A stretch of DNA of 64,000 bases from an uncultured Chloroflexia bacterium (GCA_963763775.1 CAVXPZ010000004.1:1-64000); one strand, 5' to 3'. Numbered from the stretch's first letter, positions 31,660-42,151 are shown. The notes: generated by a model not told the origin, from the sequence alone. Translations and numbers: made by a program.

Positions 31660-33013
31660 CGTCCCGTCGAGGCTCCGCTGATGACCTCCCGGCCCAGGTA
31701 CGGCCGCAGGACCTCGGGGACCGTGATGCCGCCGTCGGGTCGCTGGTAGGTCTCGAGGATCGCCGCGACGATCCGCGCGAGCGCGAGCCCCGAGCCGTTG
31801 AGCGTGTGGACCAGTTCCGGCTTCGCGCCGGGCTCCGGGCGATAGCGGATCGCCATCCGCCGGGCCTGGAAATCGCGGAAGTTCGAGCAGGAGGAGACCT
31901 CCAGCCAGCGTTCGACGCCGGGCGACCAGACCTCGAGGTCGTACTTGCGCGCCTGCGTGAAGCCCATCTCGCGGGTGCTCATCAGCAGCACGCGGTAGGC
32001 GAGCCCCAACCGCTGGAGCAGGATCTCGGCTCGCTCCGTCATCCACTCGAGCGCCGCGGCGCTGTCCTCGGGCTTGCTCGAAGAGGACCATCTCGACCTT
32101 GTCGAACTGATGGACGCGCAGGATGCCGCGCGTGTCCTTGCCGGCCGCGCCTGCCTCGCGCCGGAAGCACGGCGTGTACGCGGCATAGCGGATCGGGAGC
32201 TCCGCCGCCTCGAGGATCTCGTCGCGGTGGAGGTTCGTGACCGGGACCTCGGCCGTGGGGACCAGGTACAGCTCGTCGCGGGTGACGACGTACATCTGGT
32301 CTTCCTTGTCCGGGATCTGGCCGGTGCCCGTCGCGCTCGCGGTATTGACGACCGCGGGCGGCCAGACCTCGGTGAAGCCGTTCTCGCGCGTGTGGACATC
32401 GAGGAACCAGTTGATCAGGCCCCGCTGGAGGGCGGACCCGGCGCCCTTGTAGACCGGGAAGCCCGAGCCCGTGATCTTCGCGCCACGGGCGTTGTCGAGG
32501 ATGTCGAGCGCCTCGCCGAGCTCCCAGTGGGCCCGGCGGGTCCAGGTCGTCGCCCCGGCGGCGGCGTCCGCGCCGACCTCGCCCTCGAGCGGCTCGTCAT
32601 GGGCCAGGATGTCGCCCCACGTGCGGATCGTGACGTTGGCCTCTTCGCCGCCGACGGGGATATCGAGGTCCGGCGGGTTGGGGATCCGAAGCAACTGGTC
32701 GTCGAGCGAGGCCTGGATCTCGGCCAGTCGCGCGTCGAGCGCGGCGATCCGCTCGCCGGCGGCGACCGACGCGGCCTTCAGGCCCGCGACCTCTGGTCCG
32801 TTCGGTGCCGCACCCGCCTTCATCGCCTCGCCGACCTGCTTCGAGGCGGCGTTGCGCTCGGCCTTCAGCGTCTCACTCTCGCCGAGGAGCCGGCGTCGCT
32901 CCGCATCGAGCTCGAGCGCGCGATCGACCAACGCCGGGGTCCTCGCCCTTGCGGATGGCGCCGTCGCGGATCCGGTCGGACTCCTCGCGGAGCCGCTGCA
33001 GCCCGACGCTCAT
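31656..33013 (-). CDS. serS: seryl-tRNA synthetase (frameshifts near 32930 and 32078)
   Basis: [47 protein letters not shown]. Confidence 0.95.
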
Positions 33014-34627
33014 GCGACGCCGGCCGTCGGGGTGATGGCCGCCGCCGCACGGAGGCGCCCGATGACGAAGTCGCGGTCGAGGCTGGCGAGCAGCCAGCCG
33101 GCTCGCGGGCCGTTGGTCCGGCCGAGGAACGCCCGATAGAGCGCGTCGAAGGCCGTTCGCGCATCGATGCCCGCGGCCGTGGCCGTGGCGAAGATCGCGT
33201 CCTGCCACGCGTCACCGGTCGTCGGGGCGTTCGCCTCCATGACCGCCTCGCCGAGCGCCGCGAGGTAGCTCCGCTGGACGGCCGAGAGGTCGGCCACCTC
33301 GGACGGCAGGCTCTCGCGGACCCGAACCTGCGACCGCTCCGGGGCGTAAGCCTCCAGCCAGCCTCGGGCGGCGCGCACGCGCTCGTCGAGCATCGCATCC
33401 TCGCGCGCGGTCAGCGGACTCCCCTTCTCCGCGGCCACGCGCGCCGCCACGTCGACGCCCGGGATCTGGAGGAGGAGGGCGAGGTGCGAGAATGCCGGCC
33501 GGAAGGCGGCCGCATCGGCGACCACGTCGGCAGCCGGATCGAGCAGCGAGTAGCGAAAGGTCGCCGCGTGGCCTGGCGGGATCTCGCCCTTCACCTCACG
33601 GCCGGCCGTGGCTGCGGCGAACTTGTCGAACTCGTCGAACAGCCGCGGGATCTGGTCCGTGCCGTCCGGATCGAAGTCGATCGCGTGATTGGGCTTCGGG
33701 CGCAGGAAGAGGAAGCGGAGCTGCTCGGGCGGGACGACGTCGGCGATCTGGTGGGCGGCGGCGCCCCGGCCCTTGGAGGTCGACATCTTCTTGCCGCCGA
33801 TGTTGAGGAACTCGTAGGCCAGGTTCCGTGGCGCCTCGCGCTCGAACACCTCCCGGGCGATGGCGTCGGACCGGTCGCGAGACCCTCCGGCGGTCGAGAG
33901 GTCCTTGCCGCACGGCTCGATGGTCACGCCGAAGAGCGACCACTGGGCGGCCCACTCGACGTTCCACACGAGCTTGCCCGTCCCGCCGAACGGCGAGACC
34001 CAGCCCGACGACCCGCAGCCGGTCGCCCACGTGACGAGGTCTGCTCGGCACTCGTAGTAGACCCGTTCGCCGTCCCACTGCGGTGACGATCGTCGTGCCG
34101 ACCTTCCCGCACGTGGGGCAGATGACGTTGAACGGGTGCCAGGTTTCCGGGTGCTGGACGTTGGCGACCCGCCGGTAGATGTCGCGGACGACGTGCGCCC
34201 GGTCCAGCGCGGTCCGGATGAACGGGTCCATCTCGCCGGTCGGGTAGATGTCGCTCATCCAGTAGTAGCGGTCCGGGTGGATCCCGAGACCGGCGAAGAC
34301 ATCGATGAAGATCCCGGCGTGGTGGCGGGCGTACGACGCGTGACCGTCGGCGACCTGGTCCGGGACGTGCGCGAGCGGACGGCCCATCTCGGTCGCGATC
34401 GCGTCCGGGGTGAGGAGCGCCTGGGCGTCCATCGGGTCGAGGTCGTCGACGCCGTACAGGAACGTCGTCTCGATGTCGTTGGCGCGCAGCGCCCGGACGA
34501 TGGTGTCGAGGATGACCGGGCCGCGCAGGCTGCCGACGTGGACGGTCCCCGACGGCGTCTTCGAGTCGTTGACGACCTGGGGACCCTGATCGCGGACCTG
34601 CGCCGCGAGTTCGTCCGCCCAGTCCAT
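33010..34627 (-). CDS. lysS: class I lysyl-tRNA synthetase (frameshift near 34079)
   Basis: MDWADE, TPSGTVHVGSLRG, DDLD, CPTCGK, EPCGKDL, KMSTSKG. Confidence 0.93.
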
Positions 34628-34643
34628 GGCGGCCTCCCCGGTC

Positions 34644-35108
34644 TTAGGTGATGCCGACGATCTTGTAGGTGAAGTCGCCCGCCGGGACGCGGACGACGAC
34701 CTTGTCGCCCTTGCGCTTGCCGAGGAGCGCCCGGCCGACCGGGCTCTCGTTCGAGATCCGGCCCTCGGCGGGCTTCGCCTCGGCCGAGCCGACGATCGTG
34801 AACTTCTCCTTGCCGTCGCCGCTCTCGACGTCGACCGTGGACCCGATCTGGACGTGGTCGGTGGAGTGGTTCTCGTCGATGATCGTGGCGTTCTTGATGA
34901 TCGCCTCGAGGGTCTGGATCCGGCCCTCGACGAACGCCTGCTCGTTCTTCGCGTCCTCGTACTCGGCGTTCTCCGAGAGGTCGCCGTGTTCCTTGGCGTC
35001 GTGGATGCGGTTGGCGACCTCGGGCCGCTTGACGCTGACCATCTCGTCGAGCTCCGCGCGGAGCTTGTCGAGACCCTCCCGGGAGAGGTAGGTGGGCTTG
35101 TTGTTCAT
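34644..35108 (-). CDS. greA: transcription elongation factor GreA
   Basis: AKEHGDLSENAEYEDAK, ISNESPVGRALLG. Confidence 0.98.
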   Translation of the reverse strand: MNNKPTYLSREGLDKLRAELDEMVSVKRPEVANRIHDAKEHGDLSENAEYEDAKNEQAFVEGRIQTLEAIIKNATIIDENHSTDHVQIGSTVDVESGDGKEKFTIVGSAEAKPAEGRISNESPVGRALLGKRKGDKVVVRVPAGDFTYKIVGIT

Positions 35109-35271
35109 CGTCGTGGGCCCCCGCGGTGCAGGTGGTCGGTCGGGGCGTCGAGCGCCCTCGTCGGTCAGGTGATAAGGAAAGAACTCCAGGCGATCCGCGG
35201 GGCGATCCGCGCGCCTGAAGTTCCGACCGGGCCCGAATGGTAGTCGCGCCCGGAGCGGGTGTCAAAAGCCC

Positions 35272-35751
35272 TCAGGTCCGGTCCGCACCCTCCGCCAGCC
35301 GCAGGAGCCGGCGCTTCACGCGCTGGAGCGATCCGCGGTCCGGAAGCGCCACGAAGAGCGTGTCGTCGCCGGCGATGGAACCGGCCACCTCGGGCCAGCG
35401 AGCCCGGTCCAGGGCGGCCGCGATGGCGTGCGCCGAGCCCGGCAGCGTGCGCAGGACGAGCAGCAACCCCGCTTCGTGGATCTCGAGCGGCAGGTCGGAC
35501 AGGAGCTTGCGCAACCGGTCCTCGCCGGACGTCTCGGCCTCGATCAGTCGCGGTGGCAGCGCGTAGGCCGCGGTCCCGTCCCGGGTGATCTTGATGAGCC
35601 CGAGCTCGGCGACATCGCGGCTGATGGTCGCCTGGGTCGTCCGGAAGCCACGCTCTCGGAGCGCGGTGGCCAGCTCCTGCTGGGTGCGGATCGGACGCTG
35701 CTCGACGAGGTCGCGGATCGCCCGTTGCCGGAGCTGCTTCATGACCTCCAT
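35272..35751 (-). CDS. argR: arginine repressor
   Basis: TQQEL, TQATISRD, TLPGSA, GSIAGDDT. Confidence 0.95.
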   Translation of the reverse strand: MEVMKQLRQRAIRDLVEQRPIRTQQELATALRERGFRTTQATISRDVAELGLIKITRDGTAAYALPPRLIEAETSGEDRLRKLLSDLPLEIHEAGLLLVLRTLPGSAHAIAAALDRARWPEVAGSIAGDDTLFVALPDRGSLQRVKRRLLRLAEGADRT

Positions 35752-35763
35752 GCGAAGGCCGGC

Positions 35764-36591
35764 CTACCTCGCCAGCCAGACGACGAGGATGACCGCGGCG
35801 AGGACCAGTCGATAGGCCACGAAGATCATGAGCGAGTGCCCACGCAGGTAGCCGAGCAGCACCCGGATCGCCAGGACGCCCGCGACGAACGAGGCGATCG
35901 TGCCCGCGATCAGTGGGCCGACCGCCACGTCGGCGCCGCCGTCGGCGCCGAAGAGCTTGCGGGACTCGAACAGCACGGCCCCGAGGATGATGGGCGTCGC
36001 CATGAGGAAGCTGAACCGCGCGGCGGACGCCCGGTCAAGGCCGGCGAACCGGCCCGCGGAGATCGAGATCCCCGAGCGGCTGATGCCGGGGATGAGGGCC
36101 AGGGCCTGCGCCGCCCCGAGGCCGACGGCCATCGGGAACGTGACATCGCCCACGCCCTTGGACTGGCCGCCCCAGCGGTCGGCTGCCCACATGATCGCGG
36201 CCCCGACGACGAGCATGACGGCGACGACGCCCACACCCCGCACGGCGGTCTCGAAGAACCCGCTGAACAGGAAGCCCGCGAGGGCGGCCGGGATGCTCGC
36301 GACGAGGAGCAGCCAGGCGAGCTTGCGGTCGGGGTCGCCGCGGAACGAGCGGTCCCGGATCGTGGCCAGACCGGCCGGGACCAGCCGAGCCCAATCACGG
36401 GCGAAGTAGATCAGGAGCGCCGCGAGCGTCCCGATGTTCAGCATCACGCTGAAGTTGAGCGACGTGATGAACGGGTCGTCCCACCCGAAGAGGAACGGGA
36501 CGATGATCAGGTGCCCGGACGAGGAGATCGGCAGGAACTCGGTGAGCCCCTGCACGATCCCCATGATCACGGCCTGGACGTAGATGTCCAT
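35764..36591 (-). CDS. uppP: undecaprenyl-diphosphatase
   Basis: QGLTEFLPISSSGHL, ALIPGISRSG, ARFSFLM. Confidence 0.97.
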   Translation of the reverse strand: MDIYVQAVIMGIVQGLTEFLPISSSGHLIIVPFLFGWDDPFITSLNFSVMLNIGTLAALLIYFARDWARLVPAGLATIRDRSFRGDPDRKLAWLLLVASIPAALAGFLFSGFFETAVRGVGVVAVMLVVGAAIMWAADRWGGQSKGVGDVTFPMAVGLGAAQALALIPGISRSGISISAGRFAGLDRASAARFSFLMATPIILGAVLFESRKLFGADGGADVAVGPLIAGTIASFVAGVLAIRVLLGYLRGHSLMIFVAYRLVLAAVILVVWLAR

Positions 36592-36642
36592 GTGGTCTGC
36601 GCCTTGCTAGCGGGCGTCGGCCCGGTCGTCTGGACGACCGCC

Positions 36643-38862
36643 CTAGCGCACGAAGAGCGGAGCCAGGACGAGGGCGATCGTCGCGATGAGCTTGACGAGG
36701 ACGTGGAGGGACGGACCGGCGGTGTCCTTGAACGGGTCGCCGACCGTGTCGCCGACGACGGCGGCCGCATGGGCATCCGTCTTCTTCCCGAGCACGTTCC
36801 CGGCGGCATCCTTGAGCTGGCCCGACTCGATGTACTTCTTCGCGTTGTCCCACGCACCGCCGCTGTTGTTCAGGACGGTGGCGAGCATGACGCCCGTGAT
36901 CGTGCCGATCATGAGGAACCCGGCCACGGCCTCGTAGCCAAGCAGGACCCCGACGATGATGGGCGTGGCGACCGCGAGGGCGCCCGGCAGGATCATCTCC
37001 CGGAGCGCGGCCCGGGTCGTGATGTCGACGACGCGGGCGTAGTCCGGTCGCTGGGTGTAGTCCATGATCCCGGGCATCTCGCGGAACTGGCGCCGGACCT
37101 CGACGATGATCGCCTGGGCCGTGGTGCCGACCGCACGGATCGCGAGCGAGCTGAACAGGTAGACCAGCATCGCCGCGATGAACGCCGCGATGAAGACGTT
37201 GACGTTCGCGAGGTTGATGGCCTCGAGGATCGGCTTGCCCTGGACCCGGAGGATCAGGTTGACCTTGTCGATGTAGGCCGCGAAGAGCAGGAAGGCCGCG
37301 AGCGACGCGGACGCGATCGCGTAGCCCTTCGTCAGGGCCTTGGTGGTGTTGCCGACCGCGTCGAGGCGGTCCGTGATCTCGCGCGCGCCGGCCTCGGCGC
37401 GGCTGAACTCGGCGATGCCGCCGGCGTTGTCGGTGATCGGGCCGAAGGTGTCCATCGCGAGGATGTACGCGGTCGTCATCAGCATGCCCATCGTCGCGAC
37501 GGCCGTGCCGAAGATGCCGCCGACGTTGACCCCGTCCGCATTGACGATCCCGGCGCGGTCGCCGAGCCAATGGCTGATGAAGAGGGCGATGACGATCGAG
37601 ATGGCCGTGGCGAACGTCGTCTCGAAGCCGACGGCGACGCCGGCGATGATGTTCGTCGCCGGGCCGGTCTTGGACGCCTCGGCGATCTCGCGGACCGGGC
37701 GGAACGAGCCGGCCGTGTAGTACTGGGTGATGTAGACGAAGACGACGCTGGTCAGCAGGCCGACGAGCCCGGCACCGAAGAAGTAGACCCAGGTCGGCAG
37801 CCCGTCGGGGCCGGTCTGCGTGCCGGTCGACATCATGACGTTGGTCGTGATCAGCAGGCCGACGACGGACAGCAGGGTCGTCGCCCAGTAGCCGCGGTTG
37901 AGGATGTTCATCGGGTCCTCGTCCTCTCGGCCGCGGATCGTGAACTGGACCGAGATGATCGTCGCGAAGAGCCCGAAGGCGCGGACGACGAGCGGGAAGA
38001 AGATCCACGCCGCAGGGTTCGGCCACCCGGCCTGGAGGGCGATGGCGTACACGCTGACGCCGAGGATCATCGCGCCGATGTTCTCGGCGGCGGTCGATTC
38101 GAAGAGGTCGGCGCCACGGCCGGCGCAGTCGCCGACGTTGTCGCCGACGAGGTCGGCGATCACGCCCGCGTTGCGGGGGTCGTCCTCGGGGATGCCCGCC
38201 TCGACCTTGCCGACGAGGTCGGAGCCGACGTCGGCGGCCTTCGTGTAGATCCCGCCGCCGAGCTGGGCGAACAGCGCCACGAACGAGGCGCCGAACCCGA
38301 AGCCGACGATGAGGAACGGCGCCACGGCCGGGTGCTCGAGGCCGCCGTACAAGGCGAAGATCCCGTACACGCCGAGGAGGGAGAGCGCCACCACCAGGAA
38401 GCCGGAGACCGCGCCACCACGCATGGCCACCTGGACGGCCTCGACGAGGCTCCGCCGCGAGGCCGAGGCCGTGCGGATGTTGGACCGGACGCTGATGTAC
38501 ATCCCGATGATCCCGGAGGCCATCGAGCACGCGGCGCCGACGATGAAGGCGACCGCGGTCATGATCCCGAGCTGGGTGCCGAACGCCCCGCCCGGCAGCT
38601 TGGAGGTCTCCGCGATGTCCTCGGTGTCGACGATCGAGATGATCACACCGAGGACGACGCAGGCGAACACCGCGAGGATGGCGATCGTCGTGTACTGGCG
38701 CCGGATGAAGGCGACAGCCCCTTCGAAGATCGTCTCGGCGACGGCCTGCATCGCCTCGGGGCCTTCGTCCCGCGCGAGCACCCACCTGGCGAGCCAGAGG
38801 GCGTACAGGACCGCCGCGATGCCGGCGATCGGGATGATGAGCTGGAGCGTGCTCGCATCCAT
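36643..38862 (-). CDS. hppA: membrane-bound H+-translocating pyrophosphatase, K+-independent type
   Basis: GGGIYTKAADVGSDLVGKVE, DLVGDNVGD, DAVGNTTKA, GDTVGDPFKD. Confidence 0.95.
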   Translation of the reverse strand: MDASTLQLIIPIAGIAAVLYALWLARWVLARDEGPEAMQAVAETIFEGAVAFIRRQYTTIAILAVFACVVLGVIISIVDTEDIAETSKLPGGAFGTQLGIMTAVAFIVGAACSMASGIIGMYISVRSNIRTASASRRSLVEAVQVAMRGGAVSGFLVVALSLLGVYGIFALYGGLEHPAVAPFLIVGFGFGASFVALFAQLGGGIYTKAADVGSDLVGKVEAGIPEDDPRNAGVIADLVGDNVGDCAGRGADLFESTAAENIGAMILGVSVYAIALQAGWPNPAAWIFFPLVVRAFGLFATIISVQFTIRGREDEDPMNILNRGYWATTLLSVVGLLITTNVMMSTGTQTGPDGLPTWVYFFGAGLVGLLTSVVFVYITQYYTAGSFRPVREIAEASKTGPATNIIAGVAVGFETTFATAISIVIALFISHWLGDRAGIVNADGVNVGGIFGTAVATMGMLMTTAYILAMDTFGPITDNAGGIAEFSRAEAGAREITDRLDAVGNTTKALTKGYAIASASLAAFLLFAAYIDKVNLILRVQGKPILEAINLANVNVFIAAFIAAMLVYLFSSLAIRAVGTTAQAIIVEVRRQFREMPGIMDYTQRPDYARVVDITTRAALREMILPGALAVATPIIVGVLLGYEAVAGFLMIGTITGVMLATVLNNSGGAWDNAKKYIESGQLKDAAGNVLGKKTDAHAAAVVGDTVGDPFKDTAGPSLHVLVKLIATIALVLAPLFVR

Positions 38863-39009
38863 CAGGTCAGAAGGTCCTCCACGACTGGGCTGTGACCGGT
38901 CCCGGGTTTCCGGCGCGTGACAAGCGACGTTCGGGATGGGCGACCGGGGAGTGCTGCCTCGGGTCCCATCGGTATCCACCGATCGCTGGGACCTTGCAGG
39001 CCGGCGGCG

Positions 39010-39039
39010 AGTGTAGCAACGCACGAAAGAGCGGGTCAA
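39010..39039 (-). promoter_or_regulatory. sigma70 promoter of hppA
   Basis: TTGACC, 18 nt, TACACT on the minus strand. Confidence 0.65.
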
Positions 39040-39139
39040 ACCCGGTCGCCATCCGGGTTATGCACCGGACCATCCGGTCAGCGGCGGCCCCTCCGGACAC
39101 CCCCTATACTGCCCGTCTTGTGAGCCAGAACCCCGCCTC

Positions 39140-39739
39140 GTGACCCGTCGCCCCGCCTTTGGGTGTCTCCTCGAGATCGTCGAGACACTCGCGCTGACGC
39201 TCATCATCTTCTTCGTCATCCAGAACTTCGTCGCCCAGCCGTACAAGGTCCAGCAGCAGTCGATGGAGCGGACGCTGGAGCCCGAGCAGTACGTGCTGGT
39301 GGACAAGCTCACACCCCGCTTCGACACCTACAAGCGAGGGGACATCGTGGTCTTCACCCCGCCGGCGGACTGGGTCCAGGACAACGGGACGCCGTTCATC
39401 AAGCGGGTCATCGGGGTCGGCGGCGACACGATCGAGATCAACGACGGCGACGTCATCGTCAACGGGACCAAGATCGACGAGCCGTACATCTACGTCGACG
39501 AGGCCACCGGGCTGCCCCAGAAGACCCGCGCCGACGAGGGGCAGTCCGACTGGGTCATCCCCGAAGGCGAGCTGTTCCTCATGGGCGACCATCGCGGCAA
39601 CTCCGCGGACTCCCGGGCCTTCGGGCCTGTCCCCATCGACAACGTCATCGGGCGCGCGTGGCTCCGCTACTGGCCGCTCGACACGTTCGGGATCCTCCCG
39701 ACGCCGACCTACCCGGAGCTGGCACCCACCACGCCATGA
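39140..39739 (+). CDS. lepB: signal peptidase I
   Basis: SMERTL, RGDIVVF, IKRVIG, MGDHRGNSADSR. Confidence 0.95.
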   Translation: MTRRPAFGCLLEIVETLALTLIIFFVIQNFVAQPYKVQQQSMERTLEPEQYVLVDKLTPRFDTYKRGDIVVFTPPADWVQDNGTPFIKRVIGVGGDTIEINDGDVIVNGTKIDEPYIYVDEATGLPQKTRADEGQSDWVIPEGELFLMGDHRGNSADSRAFGPVPIDNVIGRAWLRYWPLDTFGILPTPTYPELAPTTP

Positions 39740-40467
39740 ACCCGGCCCTGGCGGGGGTCGCACTCGCCGTCATCGTCGGCGCGATCGTGGCGGTCTCGGC
39801 GCGGGACGCGCGGACCGCGGTCCTGGGCTTGGCCGTCGCCCTCATCGCGGCACCGGCGGTCGCCGACCCGGTCTCCGCGACGTCCGGCATGGCCGCCCGG
39901 GTCGTGGGCGCCGTGCTGGCGGTGTACCTCCTCTGGGTCGCCGTACGCTCCGGCGACGCGCCGACGGGCGGCTCGCGACTCGGCTGGGCGGCCGAGGCGG
40001 CCCTCGCCGTCGCGGCCGCGGTCGTCGGGTACGACCAGCACGGGCTCGGGGCGGCGGGACTCGGGCCGCCGATCGCCCAGGCGGCGGGCTTCGCGCTGGC
40101 CGCGCTCGCGGTCGCGCCGCTCATCACCGGGCGCGATGTGATCCGTGTCGGGATCGGGCTCCTGCTGCTCATGCAGGGAGCGCTGCTGGTCGCGGTCGGG
40201 CTCGACGGCACGCCGTCGGCCCTCGAACAGATCATCACCGCCGGGCTCGTCGTCGGCCTTGGCGGGGCCGTCGGCGTCCTGGCCACCGCCGCCAGGCTCG
40301 ATGGCTCCGACGGGTTCGCCCTGACGCCGGACGCGCGACCGGCCCTCCGCCGCCCGCCCGACGAGCGCGGGCCGTCGCGCCGCCTCCGGCCCCGGCCGGA
40401 TTCGCTCCCGCTCTGGTCCTCGGACGCGTTCGACGCCGAGGGCCCACCTGACGACGACGCCCCATGA
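39736..40467 (+). CDS. multi-pass membrane protein, weakly HyfE/NuoJ-NuoK-like
   Basis: ~7 TM segments; GRDVIRVGIGLLLLMQG resembles NuoK/HyfE; ATGA-coupled to both lepB and the next gene. Confidence 0.6.
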   Translation: MNPALAGVALAVIVGAIVAVSARDARTAVLGLAVALIAAPAVADPVSATSGMAARVVGAVLAVYLLWVAVRSGDAPTGGSRLGWAAEAALAVAAAVVGYDQHGLGAAGLGPPIAQAAGFALAALAVAPLITGRDVIRVGIGLLLLMQGALLVAVGLDGTPSALEQIITAGLVVGLGGAVGVLATAARLDGSDGFALTPDARPALRRPPDERGPSRRLRPRPDSLPLWSSDAFDAEGPPDDDAP

Positions 40468-42125
40468 CGCTCGTGCTGTTCCTGGTGGTGACGGTCGGCG
40501 CAGCCGGCATCGCGCTCATCGGGCGCGGCCGGGCCGGCGTGGCCACGACCGCGGGGATCCTGGGCCTGATCGGCGCCATCGTCACGGCCATCGCCATCGA
40601 TCCCACGATCGTCATCGAGGTGGGCGGCTCGGTCCTCGCGACGTCGGCCTACGCGCGCCTGTTCCTGATCCTGGGCTCGACGGTCGGATTGGCCCTCGCG
40701 GTCGTCGGTCTCGCGGCGGGGTCTCGCCGCGACGCGCCCGCGGTGACGCTCGGGACGCTCGGCGCGATGGGTCTGGCGCTGTCCCTGCCCGACCCGCAGA
40801 TCGCCATCCTCGCGTCGACGGCCGGCGGGCTGCTCGGCGTCCTCCTGACCCTCGTGCCGGGCGGCGGTCGCGCCGGGGCGACCGTGGGCATCCGCGAGAT
40901 CCGCGCACTCATCGTGGCCGGCGCGATGGCGACGGCCGCCGCGGCATGGATCGGACGGGACCTCAGCCAGCTCGTCGCGCAGCCCGTGGTGTTCGGGCTC
41001 GCGTACTTCGCCTTCGGCCTCGCCGTCGCGGTTCGGTTCGGGGCCATCCCCTTCCACGTGTGGGCGGCGCGGCTGACCGACTCCGTGCCCGAGTCGGCGC
41101 TGCCGATCGTCACGGCGTGGGGCCCGGCGGCCTTCGCGATCGTCGCGCTCGCGTGGGTCGACGCCTCGGTCGCGCCACTCCTCGTCGACATGGATGCCGA
41201 GCGGGCGCTCATCCTGGCGATCGCGATCGCGACCATCACGCTCGCGGCGTTCGCGGCGCTCATCCAGGACGACGTCGAGCACATCGTCGGCTACTCGATC
41301 ATCGGCGATGCCGGCGTCGTGCTGCTGGCGATCGCCGCGCTCGACCCTGAGGCGTGGGCCCCCGCGCGCACGTGGATCCTCGCCTACGTCGTCGCCAGGA
41401 GCGCCTTCGCCGCCTGGGCTGCGGCGATGCGCGCGACCTTCTTCACGGGCCGCGTCGCCGATATGGGCGGGTGGGCGCTGCGGGCCCCACTCCTCGCCGT
41501 CGGGCTGGGGATCGTGGTGGTGGCCAGCATCGGCTGGCCGGGGCTGGCCGCCTTCGATGCCCGGACCCAGCTCGTGGACATCGCGCTCGACCCGCCGCTC
41601 CAGGGCCTGGTGTTCCTCGCGACCTTCCTGCCGCTGCTCTACTACGGCCGGCTCGCGGCGATCGGCGTCGTCCGGCCGGACCCGGCGATGGGTGGCGACC
41701 GCGGGTTCGTGGGCGTGCCACGACGCACGGCCGTCGACCGGTCGGCGATCCGGACCTCCGCGTCGGCGTTCTGGGCCGCGAACCGCGCGCCGTCGGCCGT
41801 GCTCGTCTCGCTGCTGGTCGCGGTCCTGGCCCTGACGGTCTCCGCCGGTGGGTTCGGTGGCCCGGCGGCCGCGGCCGGCCTGCCTCCGGGTCAGGAGGGT
41901 CCGAGCGAGCCATTCGAGCCGGGTCCGGTGCCGGGTGTGGACGAGTCCTTCCCGGTCGATGCGTCGTTCCCGGCCGACGAGTCCTTTCCGGCCGTGGACG
42001 AGTCGCTCCCCGTGATCGACGAGTCGCCCGCCCCGACCGAGTTCCCGACAGGGTCATCCGAGGCGCCCGCGTCCACAGCGGCACCCGAGACGCCGGTGAC
42101 GCCCGCGGCCTCCCCGAGCCCCTAG
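40464..42125 (+). CDS. proton-conducting transporter membrane subunit (NuoN/MrpD-like, degenerate) with acidic C-terminal tail
   Basis: RFGAIPFHVW, ALIQDD..IVGYS, ASIGWPGLAAF. Confidence 0.75.
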   Translation: MTLVLFLVVTVGAAGIALIGRGRAGVATTAGILGLIGAIVTAIAIDPTIVIEVGGSVLATSAYARLFLILGSTVGLALAVVGLAAGSRRDAPAVTLGTLGAMGLALSLPDPQIAILASTAGGLLGVLLTLVPGGGRAGATVGIREIRALIVAGAMATAAAAWIGRDLSQLVAQPVVFGLAYFAFGLAVAVRFGAIPFHVWAARLTDSVPESALPIVTAWGPAAFAIVALAWVDASVAPLLVDMDAERALILAIAIATITLAAFAALIQDDVEHIVGYSIIGDAGVVLLAIAALDPEAWAPARTWILAYVVARSAFAAWAAAMRATFFTGRVADMGGWALRAPLLAVGLGIVVVASIGWPGLAAFDARTQLVDIALDPPLQGLVFLATFLPLLYYGRLAAIGVVRPDPAMGGDRGFVGVPRRTAVDRSAIRTSASAFWAANRAPSAVLVSLLVAVLALTVSAGGFGGPAAAAGLPPGQEGPSEPFEPGPVPGVDESFPVDASFPADESFPAVDESLPVIDESPAPTEFPTGSSEAPASTAAPETPVTPAASPSP

Positions 42126-42151
42126 GCTCGATCCGGCGCGACGGGGCGGGA

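Noticed and set aside
31135-32931. Apparent SerRS-RDD fusion (598-aa ORF)
   Set aside because: Artefact of the frameshift near 32078; the SerRS C-terminus is in another frame and stops at 31656.
35428-38895. 1155-aa plus-strand ORF, and similar long ORFs at 41354-44305 and 22123-24738
   Set aside because: Antisense or off-frame shadows of real genes with Arg/Gly-biased composition.
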